DNA from: Thermoanaerobaculia bacterium
GTDB lineage: Bacteria > Acidobacteriota > Thermoanaerobaculia > Multivoradales > Multivoraceae
NCBI GenBank assembly: GCA_965200575.1
Contig: OZ241363.1
Location: 1,722,398 to 1,786,397, forward strand
Length of the DNA: 64,000 nt
Direction: 5' to 3'
The notes under the pieces were generated by a model, which was given only the letters and a program-made list of their open reading frames with translations, searched no databases and had not been told where the DNA came from. A program made the translations under genes and the position numbers. Of the stretch, positions 1 through 9,409 are shown in pieces; position 1 is the stretch's first letter, and every line of letters starts with the position of its first letter.

Positions 1-579
1 CCAGGGCGTACCGCCTTCGGGGCCGCCGACCGGGATCTTCCAGAACCGGCCGTGGTGCTCCAGCATGGGCTCGATCCAGGCCTTCCTCACGATCTCGAAG
101 CACTCCTCGAAGGCAGCCCGGTTGGTGGCGTCGATGGCGTCGTGCTGATGCGGCAGGGCGCCGGAGATGCCATGCGTCTGCTGGGCCATCACGTCCACCC
201 AGCGCCGCTGGTAGCCGCGCGCGAAGCCGGCGTTGGCCCGCCCGCCGGTCATCCGGTCGAGCATGGCGATGTCCTCGGCGACCCGAATCGGGTTCCTCGC
301 CGGCAGGACGATGCCCAGCTGCCCCACGCGGATGTTCTTCGTCTGCATGCCGACGAACAGGTCAAGCAGCACCGGATTGCTGGAGAGCTCGAAGCCCTCG
401 ATGTGGAAGTGGTGCTCGGTGAAGCTGATGGAGTCGTAGCCTGCGTCGTCGGCGAGCCGAGCCTGCTCCGAGATCTCGGCCAGCATCCGGTCGTAGAGGT
501 CGCCGCGCAGGCCGGCCATCCCGCGCCTGATCTCGGCCCGCGAACCGATGGACGGCAGGTAGAAGAGCGAGACCTTCAA
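1..579 (-). CDS. LLM-class (luciferase-like) flavin-dependent oxidoreductase, partial; the C-terminus runs off the left edge
   Basis: Minus-frame translation reads (M)KVSLFYLPSIGSRAEIRRGMAG...YDSISFTEHHFHIEGFELSSNPVLLDLFVG, typical of the LLM/F420-FMN monooxygenase N-terminus. The TTG start near 579 is uncertain; there is no stop in the window. Confidence 0.6.
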   Translation of the reverse strand, partial: MKVSLFYLPSIGSRAEIRRGMAGLRGDLYDRMLAEISEQARLADDAGYDSISFTEHHFHIEGFELSSNPVLLDLFVGMQTKNIRVGQLGIVLPARNPIRVAEDIAMLDRMTGGRANAGFARGYQRRWVDVMAQQTHGISGALPHQHDAIDATNRAAFEECFEIVRKAWIEPMLEHHGRFWKIPVGGPEGGTPW

Positions 580-586
580 GGCCGGG

Positions 587-1447
587 TCAGTCGCCTGCCC
601 GATCGTGGCCCGGCAGCTCGCGGATCCAGATGTTCCGGAAGCGGGTCGGATTCCGATGATCCTGCAGGCCGATCCAGCCCCTGGGCTCGTGCGGCCGGTC
701 GTAGATGCCGACGCGACGGTGGATGGTGCGCCCGATGTACTCCTGGCGGTGGTGGATCACCACCCCGTTGTGGATCACCGTCACGTGCGCCTTCTTCGTC
801 AGCTCGCCGTCTTCCCAGCGCGGCGCCTCGAAGATGATGTCGTAGGTCTGCCAGGCGCCCGGAGGCCGGGACGCGTTGACCATGGGCGGCGTCTGGCCGT
901 AGATCGCGCCGGCCTGCCCGTCGGCGTAGGTGCGGTTCTGCCACGAATCCAGGATCTGCACCTCGTAGTCGCCGTAGATCATGACGCCGCTGTTGCCACG
1001 CCCCTGGCTGTTGCTCTCCACGGCCGCCGGCGTGGCGAACTCCAGGTGCAGCTGAAAGTCGCCGAACTCGTCCCGGGTGCGGATGGAACCCGTCGAGGTG
1101 ACCTCCATGTAGCCGCCTTCCACCTTCCATTCGGCGTCGTCGCCGTTCGCCTTCTGCCACTTCGACAGATCCGAGCCGTCGAACAGAACGACCGCGTCGG
1201 CCGGCGGCGCCGCCATGTCGCTGAAGGCGGCGCCCGGACCGACGACCGCGGGAACCGGCCGGTTTGGATCGTGCACCTTCCAGGGCAGGCCGGGCAGCTG
1301 CGGCGTGTCCTCGTACCCGATGGGCTGGTCCTGCGCAGCTGCCGGCGCCGCCTGGAGGAGGGCAACGGCCAGCGCACCTGCAACCACGTACCCGGGAACT
1401 GTCTGCTTCGCTGGCTTCGTCGCCATCTGAGGTCTCCCTTGCATCAC
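587..1447 (-). CDS. DUF1080 (3-keto-disaccharide hydrolase-like, LamG/jelly-roll) secreted protein
   Basis: 286 aa with an N-terminal signal peptide (VVAGALAVALLQAAPAAA). The C-terminus GWIGLQDHRNPTRFRNIWIREL matches the DUF1080 hallmark. Confidence 0.75.
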   Translation of the reverse strand: MMQGRPQMATKPAKQTVPGYVVAGALAVALLQAAPAAAQDQPIGYEDTPQLPGLPWKVHDPNRPVPAVVGPGAAFSDMAAPPADAVVLFDGSDLSKWQKANGDDAEWKVEGGYMEVTSTGSIRTRDEFGDFQLHLEFATPAAVESNSQGRGNSGVMIYGDYEVQILDSWQNRTYADGQAGAIYGQTPPMVNASRPPGAWQTYDIIFEAPRWEDGELTKKAHVTVIHNGVVIHHRQEYIGRTIHRRVGIYDRPHEPRGWIGLQDHRNPTRFRNIWIRELPGHDRAGD

Positions 1448-2997
1448 CCGACCCGCGCCGCAAGCAGCGGCTCGGACAACTCGAGCCAGCGCACGACTTC
1501 GGCACGCGTGCCGCGCGGATCGATCAGGTCATGGACCGAGAATCCCTCGGCCCGCGGAAACGGCGTTCGGCGCTTCGCGAACTTCGCTTCGAGTTCGGCG
1601 CGCTTCTTCTCCGGGTCGGGCGCCGCGGCAATCTCGCGCCGGAACGCGACCGCCACCCCGCCCTCGATGGGCAGCGCACCGCTCTCGGCCGACGGCCAGA
1701 TGAGTACTCGGCCGCCCGGGCCGTAGTGCGCGGCGGCGGCCACGCCGTAGGACTTGCGGATCTGCACCGCGCACCAGGGCACCGTCGACCGAACCGTCGC
1801 CGCGATCGCCTCCATGCCGTAGCGGATCGTCCCGGACGCCTCGGACGCCGAACCGATCATGAACCCGGGTTCGTCAACCAGGCTCAGCACGGGCAGGTGG
1901 AAGGTCTCGCAGAACTCGATGAAGCGCCGGAACTTCTGCGCCCCAGCGGCGTCCATCGCGCCGCCGATGTGGCGGCAGTCGTTCGCGACCACGCCGACCG
2001 AGTGGCCGTCCACGCGCGCCAGACCGGTGATCTGGGATGGACCGTAGCCGGGCGTCATCTCGAAGAAACTGTCGCGGTCGACCACCAGGGCGATCACCTC
2101 GCGCATGTCGTAGAGGAAGCGCCGGTCCCTCGGCACGATGGAGAGGAGCCGCTCCTCGCGGCGGTTCGGCGGGTCGCCGGTCATGCACCGCGGCGGCAGC
2201 GCGTCCACGTTGGGCGGCAGGTAGCTCAGGAATCGACGCACCTGGTCCATCGCGTCGTCCTCGTCGTGGGCGACGTTGTCGACCACGCCGCTCCTGCCGT
2301 GGACCTGCCAGCCACCGAGCTCGTCCTTCGTTTTCTTCTCGCCCAGGGCGCGCTCGACCAGTGCCGGACCGCCGATCAGGATCTGGGCCGTGTGCCGCGT
2401 CATCACCGAGAAGTGAGACGCGACAAGGCGGGCGGCCGGGAAGCCGGCCACGGCGCCGACGCCGATGGAAGCCACCGGAACCGTGCGCAGAATCTCGGCG
2501 ATGGACCAGAAGCGGGCGCGCGAGTACACCGGCTCGCCCATCGGCCGCGGAGGCGTCTTCGGTGCGCCCTTCTGACGTCCTCCGCTGCCCCGCACGCTGC
2601 CGCCGCCGCCCTCGAGAAAGCGAAGCAGCGGCAGTCGGTACTTCAGCGCCAGCTCCTCTGAGTAGACGCTCTTGCGCAGCCCGGCCGGCGACGGTGACCC
2701 GCCAGCCTGGGTGAAGTCCTCCCCCGCCACGATCAGGCGGCGACCGTCCACGTCGGCGAAGCCCACGACGTAGTTCGCTGGCGTGAAGCCGACCACGCGG
2801 CCCTCGTCGTTCACCTCCGCGGCGCCGGCCTGACGGCCCTCCTCGATGAAGCTGCCCGGGTCCGCCACCCTCTCGATCCGTTCGCGCACCGTGAGCCGAC
2901 CGCGCTCGTGCTGCCTGGCCACGGCCTCTTCGCCGCCCATCGCGAGGGCAAGGCGGCGACGGCGTTCGATCTCGTCGACTTCTGGCTGCCAGGACAT
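1444..2997 (-). CDS. acyl-CoA carboxylase carboxyltransferase beta subunit (PccB/AccD5/MccB family)
   Basis: 518 aa from the ATG at 2997. MSWQPEVDEIERRRRLALAMGGEEAVARQHERGRLTVRERIERVADPGSFIEE is the classic N-terminus of biotin-dependent carboxyltransferase beta chains. The stop overlaps the DUF1080 start (1444-1447). Confidence 0.85.
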   Translation of the reverse strand: MSWQPEVDEIERRRRLALAMGGEEAVARQHERGRLTVRERIERVADPGSFIEEGRQAGAAEVNDEGRVVGFTPANYVVGFADVDGRRLIVAGEDFTQAGGSPSPAGLRKSVYSEELALKYRLPLLRFLEGGGGSVRGSGGRQKGAPKTPPRPMGEPVYSRARFWSIAEILRTVPVASIGVGAVAGFPAARLVASHFSVMTRHTAQILIGGPALVERALGEKKTKDELGGWQVHGRSGVVDNVAHDEDDAMDQVRRFLSYLPPNVDALPPRCMTGDPPNRREERLLSIVPRDRRFLYDMREVIALVVDRDSFFEMTPGYGPSQITGLARVDGHSVGVVANDCRHIGGAMDAAGAQKFRRFIEFCETFHLPVLSLVDEPGFMIGSASEASGTIRYGMEAIAATVRSTVPWCAVQIRKSYGVAAAAHYGPGGRVLIWPSAESGALPIEGGVAVAFRREIAAAPDPEKKRAELEAKFAKRRTPFPRAEGFSVHDLIDPRGTRAEVVRWLELSEPLLAARVG

Positions 2998-3100
2998 GAA
3001 CGCGCATTGTAGATGCTCCGCTATCCTGCACCGTAAAGCGAGTCGTCTGCCGAACCGGCACGCGAGCAACGCTCCAGCTGTCGAGGAACAGGAGATTCGG

Positions 3101-4732
3101 GTGACGGAAACACGCAAGCTGTGCGGCTGGGGATACGAGGGCCAGGGACTGACGCCGGCCGAGACGGACTTCTTTCGCGCCGGCATCGCCGAACGTTTCG
3201 GCGTGCCGGTCAAGCCGCAGGCGAGGCCCCCGGTGGCCGCCGACTTCGACCTCCGCGAACCGCGGCTTCGCCCGCCGTCGTCGCTGGCAGCCCTGTTCCG
3301 CGACGACCCGTACGAACGGCTGCTGCACATGTACGGCAAGTCGTTTCCGGACGTCGTGCGCATGTACCGGCGCGAAGCGCCCGAGCCCCCCGATCTCGTC
3401 GCCTATCCGGAGACGACCCGGGATGTGGCCCGCATCCTGGACTGGGCATCCGGCGCCAACGCCGCCGTCGTGCCGTTCGGCGGCGGTTCCAGCGTGGTCG
3501 GCGGCGTCGAGCCGGCGATCGGCGACAGCTACGCCGGCGCCGTGACCGTCGACCTCCAGAAGCTTGACCGGGTGCTCGAGATCGACCGAGCAAGCCGTGC
3601 CGCCCGCATCCAGGCCGGCGTGCGCGGGCCGCACCTGGAGGCCCAGCTGCGCGAGCACGGCCTGACGCTCCGTCACTTCCCCCAGAGCTTCGAGCACTCG
3701 ACCCTCGGTGGCTGGATCGCCACCCGCTCGGGCGGCCATTTCGCCAGCCTGTACACGCACATCGACGAGTTCGTCGAGGCCACCGTGACGGTGACCCCAC
3801 AGGGAACCATGGAGACCCGCCGGCTGCCCGGTTCGGGCGCCGGACCCTCGCCCGACCGCATGGTCATCGGCTCCGAGGGCATCCTCGGCGTGATCACGGA
3901 AGCCTGGATGCGACTTCAGGACCGGCCGGTACACCGCGCCTCGGCGGCGGTCCGCTTCGCCGACCACGCAAGCGCGGCGGAGGCGGTGCGGATGCTCTCA
4001 CAGAGCGGCCTGTACCCCTCGAACTGCCGCCTGATCGACGCCGCGGAGTCAGCGAGTGCCGGCGCTGGCGACGGGACCACGTCGCTGCTCGTGCTCGGTT
4101 TCGAGTCCGCCGACCACCCGGTCGATTCCTGGATGGCGCGGGCGCTCGAGCTGACCGCCGACTGCGGCGGCGATCACGGCGCCTCGGCCGGCCGTTCGCA
4201 CCGCGAGGGCGCCGCCGGCGCCTGGCGCGACGCCTTCATCAAGGGGCCCTACTTCCGCGAGGTCGGCGTGCCCCTGGGCGTCATCGGGGACACCTTCGAG
4301 ACGGCCGTCACCTGGGATCGCTTCGCCGACTTCCACGCCACGATCATGGAGCGCACCGCGCTGATTCTGGAGGAGGTCACCGGTCGGCCCGGAAGCGTCA
4401 CCTGCCGCTTCACCCACGTCTACCCCGACGGCCCGGCACCCTACTTCACCTTCTCGGCGCTCGGTACCTGGGACGGACTGCTCGATCAGTGGCGTGCGAT
4501 CAAGCTTGCCGCGAACGAGGCCATCGTCTCCGCCGGCGGAACGGTGACGCACCACCACGCGGTCGGCCGCGACCACCGACCGGAAGGCTACGACCGGCAG
4601 CGCCCGGACCTGTTCGCCCGCGCCCTGGCCGGGGCCAAGGCGGCGCTCGATCCGACGGGGGTGATGAACCCGGGAGTGCTGATCGACCCGCAGGGCCGCG
4701 AGGTCGGCGTCACGGGCGCGATGGCGCCCTGA
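3101..4732 (+). CDS. FAD-linked oxidase, alkyldihydroxyacetonephosphate synthase (AGPS)-like
   Basis: GTG start preceded by AGGAG. N-terminal KLCGWGYEGQG resembles the AGPS KWNGWGY motif, and there is an FAD-binding PCMH region (VVPFGGGSSVVGG). Confidence 0.7.
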   Translation: MTETRKLCGWGYEGQGLTPAETDFFRAGIAERFGVPVKPQARPPVAADFDLREPRLRPPSSLAALFRDDPYERLLHMYGKSFPDVVRMYRREAPEPPDLVAYPETTRDVARILDWASGANAAVVPFGGGSSVVGGVEPAIGDSYAGAVTVDLQKLDRVLEIDRASRAARIQAGVRGPHLEAQLREHGLTLRHFPQSFEHSTLGGWIATRSGGHFASLYTHIDEFVEATVTVTPQGTMETRRLPGSGAGPSPDRMVIGSEGILGVITEAWMRLQDRPVHRASAAVRFADHASAAEAVRMLSQSGLYPSNCRLIDAAESASAGAGDGTTSLLVLGFESADHPVDSWMARALELTADCGGDHGASAGRSHREGAAGAWRDAFIKGPYFREVGVPLGVIGDTFETAVTWDRFADFHATIMERTALILEEVTGRPGSVTCRFTHVYPDGPAPYFTFSALGTWDGLLDQWRAIKLAANEAIVSAGGTVTHHHAVGRDHRPEGYDRQRPDLFARALAGAKAALDPTGVMNPGVLIDPQGREVGVTGAMAP

Positions 4733-4762
4733 CGCCGGCAGCGAGCTGCCGAGCGCGCGGCT

Positions 4763-5353
4763 TCATGCCAGCCGCGCCGCCAGGGCCGCGACGTGGCGGT
4801 CCTCGACACCCATGGCAACCAGCGCATCGTGGAGCCGGATCACGTAGTCGACGTTGTCGCCGCTCGGCCCGACCGCGCCGGCAATCGAGGCGGCGATCTC
4901 GGCCAGGGGCGCTGGCCCGGCGTAGTTCGGGTTGTCGGGCCAGCCCTGCCATGTGACTCCCTCGACCGTCCGGGGCCGCCGGCAGCCCGACCTGGTTTCG
5001 TCGGCCCCACCTGCCCCGCCGGTCTCGTCGAGCTCCAGCTCGACTTCCATGCGCACGTAGCCGCCGCGTTCCCGCACGTCCAGATCGGCGAGGATGGCAG
5101 GGGCCTGCTCCTCGTCCAGCCGATAGGCAACGCCGTGGCAGCAATCCCCGGGCGCCGGCGCGAGCGTGACCACCCGGCCAGGTCGTTCCGGCGTGCCGCG
5201 ATGGTCGGTCGACCATTGCCAGAACCGTCGCTTCCAGCCCCGAAGCCGCGCCGGTCGCCTCTCCTCCAGAGGAATGTCAGGCCGGAAGATCAGCGAGCCG
5301 TAGCCGAAGACCCAGCAGGGCGAGGCCCTGGGCTCGCTGGTCGCCACGGTCAC
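4763..5353 (-). CDS. chaC: ChaC-like gamma-glutamylcyclotransferase (glutathione-specific)
   Basis: CWVFGYGSLIFRP motif of the ChaC/GGCT family. The start is uncertain (GTG at 5353, or an upstream ATG at 5473). Confidence 0.65.
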   Translation of the reverse strand: MTVATSEPRASPCWVFGYGSLIFRPDIPLEERRPARLRGWKRRFWQWSTDHRGTPERPGRVVTLAPAPGDCCHGVAYRLDEEQAPAILADLDVRERGGYVRMEVELELDETGGAGGADETRSGCRRPRTVEGVTWQGWPDNPNYAGPAPLAEIAASIAGAVGPSGDNVDYVIRLHDALVAMGVEDRHVAALAARLA

Positions 5354-5514
5354 GGCAGGGATTGTAGAGGCGGGCTTGAACGACAGGCCGGCGCGCGACC
5401 GGCCAGACCAGCGCCACCGGCCATCACGCGGCCTGACCTGCAGAGGGAAGCCTGGGGCCCAGGCCCGGCGCACGCGGCCGCCGCCGTGGTATTTTGCGCC
5501 GCCCGTCCACGCTG

Positions 5515-6471
5515 ATGCGCCATCTCTTCGTCATCGATCCGATCGAACGTCTCGATCCGGAGAAGGACACGACCATCGCCTTCCTGCGCGAGGCGCAGCG
5601 GCGAGGGCACGACATCCACGTCTGCCTGATTGAAACGCTGGGCATCGGGCCCGGCGGCCGACCGTGGGCGGACGCAAGCTCGGTACGCACGGTCGAACCC
5701 GCCGACGGCGGCGCCTGGTACGAGACGGGCGACGAGCGCCAGGCGTTCCTCGACGTATACGACGTCGTCTGGATGCGGAAGGACCCGCCGTTCGACATGG
5801 CGTTCTTCTACGCCACCCACCTGCTGTCCATGGTGGACCGGAACACGCTGGTGGTGAACGAACCCCTGTCTCTGCGCGACGCGAACGAGAAGCTGTTCGC
5901 GCTCCGCTTCCCGGAGGTCTGCCCGGAGGCCCGGGTCAGCCGACGCATCCCGGAGCTGCTCGCCTTCCAGGAGGAGATGGACGGAGAGATGATTGTCAAG
6001 CCGCTCGACGGCGCCGGCGGCGAGGGCATCTTCCACCTCCGCCCCGGCGACCGGAACACGAGCGCGATCCTCGAGGCCGCCACCGCGCACGAAAGCCGGT
6101 ACATCATGGCCCAGCGCTACCTGCCCGAGATTCGCCACGGGGACAAGCGGGTCATCCTGGTCGAGGGCGAGGCGCTGGGCGCGGTGCTGCGCGTGCCCGC
6201 CGACGGCGAGTCCCGGGCCAACTTCCACGTCGGCGGGAGGGCCGCGGCCATCGAGGTCGACGACCGCGACCGCGAGATCGCCGCCGCCGTCGGCCCGGAG
6301 CTGGTCCGGCTCGGAATCGTCTTTGCCGGCATCGACGTGATCGGCGGCTGGCTCACCGAAGTGAACGTGACCAGCCCCACCGGCCTGCGCGAGATAGCGG
6401 ACCTGGGCGGCCCGCGCCTGGAGGTCGACGTCCTGGACGCCGTGGAGGCCAGGCGCCGCAGCCTCGGCTGA
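5515..6471 (+). CDS. gshB: glutathione synthetase (ATP-grasp)
   Basis: MRHLFVIDPIERLDPEKDTTIAFLREAQRRGH...MRKDPPFDMAFFYATHLL...GDKRVILVEGE...EVNVTSPTGLREI aligns closely with E. coli GshB along its full length. Confidence 0.9.
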   Translation: MRHLFVIDPIERLDPEKDTTIAFLREAQRRGHDIHVCLIETLGIGPGGRPWADASSVRTVEPADGGAWYETGDERQAFLDVYDVVWMRKDPPFDMAFFYATHLLSMVDRNTLVVNEPLSLRDANEKLFALRFPEVCPEARVSRRIPELLAFQEEMDGEMIVKPLDGAGGEGIFHLRPGDRNTSAILEAATAHESRYIMAQRYLPEIRHGDKRVILVEGEALGAVLRVPADGESRANFHVGGRAAAIEVDDRDREIAAAVGPELVRLGIVFAGIDVIGGWLTEVNVTSPTGLREIADLGGPRLEVDVLDAVEARRRSLG

Positions 6472-6610
6472 CGCGCCGCTGCCCGGCGGCCCGGCTCTGC
6501 AGCAGCCCGGTCCGGCATGCCGGCCGAGCGGCCCGGGCCGGACGAAACGCGGTGCGGGGCGCGGGCGGCATCGCCAGGGAGTTGCGGACGGCACGCGGCG
6601 CCGCGACGCC

Positions 6611-7987
6611 TCAGCGCAGGGTCACGAACTCCTCGGCGGAGGTCGGGTGGATGGCCATCGCGGCGTCGAAGTCGGCCTTCGTGGCGCCCATCTTCACCGC
6701 CACGGCGAGGCCCTGGATGATCTCGGGGGCGTCGGCGCCGAGCATGTGGGCGCCGAGCACGCGGTCCGTGCGGCGATCCACGATCAGCTTCACCAGGGTG
6801 CGCTCCTGGTTGTCGGTCAGCGTCAGCTTGAGTGGGCGGAACCGGCTGCGGTACACGTCGACCTCGTCGCGCCGAGCCCTCGCCTCCTCCTCGGTCAAGC
6901 CCACGGCGGCGAACGGTGGCTGGCTGAAGACGGCGGTGGCGACCGTCTCGTGGTCGACCGGCGTCGGCTCGCCGGCAAACAGGGTCCGAACGAGGCACAT
7001 GGCCTCGTGGATGGCGACCGGCGTCAGGTTCAGGCGGTCCGTCACGTCGCCGATGGCCCAGATGCTCGGCACGCTGGTGCGCGAGTACTCGTCGACCCGG
7101 ATCTCGCCGCGTTCGCCCAGCGCCACGCCGCAGGCCTCCAGGCCCAGGTTCGCCACAAGGGGACGCCTGCCGGTGGCGAACAGGACCTCGTCGCAGCTCA
7201 CGACGCTGCCGTCGTCGAGATCGAGCCGGAGGCGGCCGCCTTCGTCGCCGTTTCCGTCTGTGCGTTCCCTGATGGACTCGATCTGGCGCTCGAAGCGGAG
7301 GTCGATGCCGCGCGAGCGCATCTCGTCGGCGAGACCCCGGCGCACTTCCTGGTCGAACCCCCGCAGGAAGAGCGGGCCCCTGTAGACGAGCGTCACCTCG
7401 CTGCCGAACCCGGCAAAGATGCCGGAGAACTCGACGCCGATGTAGCCGCCGCCGACCACTGCCACCCGCTCCGGCAGGCGCTCCAGGTGGAAGGCCTCGT
7501 TCGAGCTGATCGCGTGCTCGATGCCCGGGATCGCGGGCAGGTCGGGCCAGCTGCCGACTGCGAGCAGAATCTGGTCCGACGTCACGCTGCGCACGCCGCC
7601 CGCGCCGTCGTCGATCTCGACCGTGTGCGGGTCGCGGAGCAGGGCCCGTCCCTCGAACAGCTCGACTCCGGCGCCGTCGAGCAGGCCCCGGTAGACGCCG
7701 TTCAGCCGCTCGATCTCCCGGTCCTTGTTCGCGATCAGCCGTGCCCAGTCGAACTGCAGCGCCCCGGCCGCCCAGCCGAAGCCCGACGCGTCGCGGTAGT
7801 GGTCGGCGCACTCGGAGGCGCACACCAGCAGCTTCTTGGGCACGCAGCCGACGTTCACGCAGGTGCCGCCGAGGTAGCGCTCCTCGGCCACCGCAACTCG
7901 CGCGCCGTGGCCCGCGGCCATCCGACTGGCGCGCACGCCACCCGATCCGGCACCGATGACGAAGAGGTCGTAGTCGTGTTCCGTCAT
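6611..7987 (-). CDS. gor: glutathione-disulfide reductase
   Basis: [13 protein letters not shown]...[13 protein letters not shown] redox-active disulfide and C-terminal [15 protein letters not shown] at 7987. Confidence 0.9.
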   Translation of the reverse strand: MTEHDYDLFVIGAGSGGVRASRMAAGHGARVAVAEERYLGGTCVNVGCVPKKLLVCASECADHYRDASGFGWAAGALQFDWARLIANKDREIERLNGVYRGLLDGAGVELFEGRALLRDPHTVEIDDGAGGVRSVTSDQILLAVGSWPDLPAIPGIEHAISSNEAFHLERLPERVAVVGGGYIGVEFSGIFAGFGSEVTLVYRGPLFLRGFDQEVRRGLADEMRSRGIDLRFERQIESIRERTDGNGDEGGRLRLDLDDGSVVSCDEVLFATGRRPLVANLGLEACGVALGERGEIRVDEYSRTSVPSIWAIGDVTDRLNLTPVAIHEAMCLVRTLFAGEPTPVDHETVATAVFSQPPFAAVGLTEEEARARRDEVDVYRSRFRPLKLTLTDNQERTLVKLIVDRRTDRVLGAHMLGADAPEIIQGLAVAVKMGATKADFDAAMAIHPTSAEEFVTLR

Positions 7988-8253
7988 GCGGCCAAGGCTA
8001 GCGCCGTCGGACCGGTTCCGGGCAACGCCGTGCATCGCTGCGGGTACACCGCCGTCGGCATCCTGCCAAACTCTTCAGCCCTGCATCCCGGTCAGCAGGG
8101 TGTTCCCCCATCCTCGGCGCCTTACCGGCGGCCGGACGGCGTCGGACTCTGCCGCAGCCCGACAGAATGCACCTGCAGGCAGCACGACAACGGTCAAGCG
8201 GAGCAGCCGCGCCAACTGAAGGCGCCGCCGGCTCTCGCTCGTAGACTCCGATC

Positions 8254-9189
8254 ATGGATGCGGCCAGGAACTCCGGCAGCGCTGGCGAAGACCAGGGCCC
8301 CGGCGCGGCGTCCTGGGCGCCCCGCGCGATCGCCGGCGGTGCACTGATGGGCCTGGCGAACCTGGTGCCCGGGATCAGCGGCGGCACGATGCTGCTCGCC
8401 GTGGGCATCTACCCGCAGTTCATCGAGGCGGTCGCCACCACCACCCGACTGCAGTTCCGTCGCCGATCCCTGCTGCTTCTCGGCGTCGTGGCGACCTCCG
8501 GCGGACTCGCCATCCTGCTGCTCGCGGGAGTCCTGCGTGACCTGGTCGTTCATCAGCGCTGGATCATGTACAGCGCCTTCATCGGCCTCACCCTGGGCGG
8601 AGCCCCCCTGGTGCTGCGCCTGGCGCGGCCTGCCGGGCGCGGGTTCTGGACCGGCGCCGCGTGCGGCTTCGTGGCCATGGCCGCGCTCGCCGCGCTCCAG
8701 GGCGGGCCCGCCGGCGAGGGCGACGGGGGCAGCGGTCCGCTCCTGCTCGCCCTGGCCGGCGCGGCCGGCGCCGCGGCGATGATCCTGCCCGGCCTGAGCG
8801 GCGGTTACCTTCTGCTCGTCCTCGGCCAGTACGTACCCATCCTCGGCGCTCTCGACCGGCTGCTCGATGGGCTGCGAAGCCAGGACTTGGGCGCCGCTGT
8901 CGACGCCGCGGCCGTGCTGCTGCCGGTGGCGGCCGGCATCGCGGTGGGCGCGACGGCGATCAGCAACGCGGTCCGCTTCGCCCTGCGGCGCTTCCGGGCG
9001 CAGACCTTCGGCGTGCTGATGGGCCTCCTCCTGGGCGCAGTGGTCGGTCTGTGGCCGTTCGAGGCCGAGGTGCGGCTGCTGCAGGCCGCCGCGTCCTGCG
9101 GGCTCGTCGCCGCCGGGTTCGCCCTGACCTGGGCCGTCAGCCGACTCGGCCGGGACACGGGCGAAACCGGCATCTCCCGAGAAGCGTGA
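8254..9189 (+). CDS. DUF368 family membrane protein (putative polyprenyl-phosphate transporter, PopT-like)
   Basis: Two internal repeats, [17 protein letters not shown] and [17 protein letters not shown], characteristic of DUF368, with multiple TM segments. The start may be downstream. Confidence 0.7.
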   Translation: MDAARNSGSAGEDQGPGAASWAPRAIAGGALMGLANLVPGISGGTMLLAVGIYPQFIEAVATTTRLQFRRRSLLLLGVVATSGGLAILLLAGVLRDLVVHQRWIMYSAFIGLTLGGAPLVLRLARPAGRGFWTGAACGFVAMAALAALQGGPAGEGDGGSGPLLLALAGAAGAAAMILPGLSGGYLLLVLGQYVPILGALDRLLDGLRSQDLGAAVDAAAVLLPVAAGIAVGATAISNAVRFALRRFRAQTFGVLMGLLLGAVVGLWPFEAEVRLLQAAASCGLVAAGFALTWAVSRLGRDTGETGISREA

Positions 9190-9244
9190 TCCCCACCCTG
9201 GTGCCTCGCCAGCTCCCGCGCCAGTACACGACGGCGGCAGGCCA

Positions 9245-9335
9245 GGTCGGCCGTCACGCGCGACGAACAGCCTCTTGGGGTTCTCGTACCAAGCCATGAC
9301 GTGGCGGGTCGGCCGTCACGCCCAACGAACAGCCT
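9245..9335. repeat. imperfect 29-bp direct repeat (ggtcggccgtcacgcSNNacgaacagcct) x2 upstream of the amidohydrolase gene
   Basis: Copies at 9245-9273 and 9307-9335 differ at 3 positions. Intergenic between the DUF368 gene and the amidohydrolase. Confidence 0.6.
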
Positions 9336-9409
9336 GTTACATTGCCCCGGTCTTCCTGCCCGTACCCGACTCCGGCGCACCGGCCACGGCGCCAGGAAGG
9401 AGCGCGCCC

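Noticed and set aside
52-837. Plus-strand ORF at the left edge
   Set aside because: It is antisense to the LLM oxidoreductase and DUF1080 genes, which have convincing translations.
1874-3967. Long ORFs on the strand opposite well-supported genes (1874-3967-, 6117-7823-, 9254-11011-, 18340-20949+, 20144-22789+, 26023-28641-, 29539-34260+, 35047-39042+, 39487-42285-, 45615-47075+, 47682-48536-, 56552-58486- and similar)
   Set aside because: These are typical high-GC antisense or alternative-frame artefacts. Their translations are Arg/Pro/Gly-rich low-complexity junk, and they overlap genes with clear family signatures.
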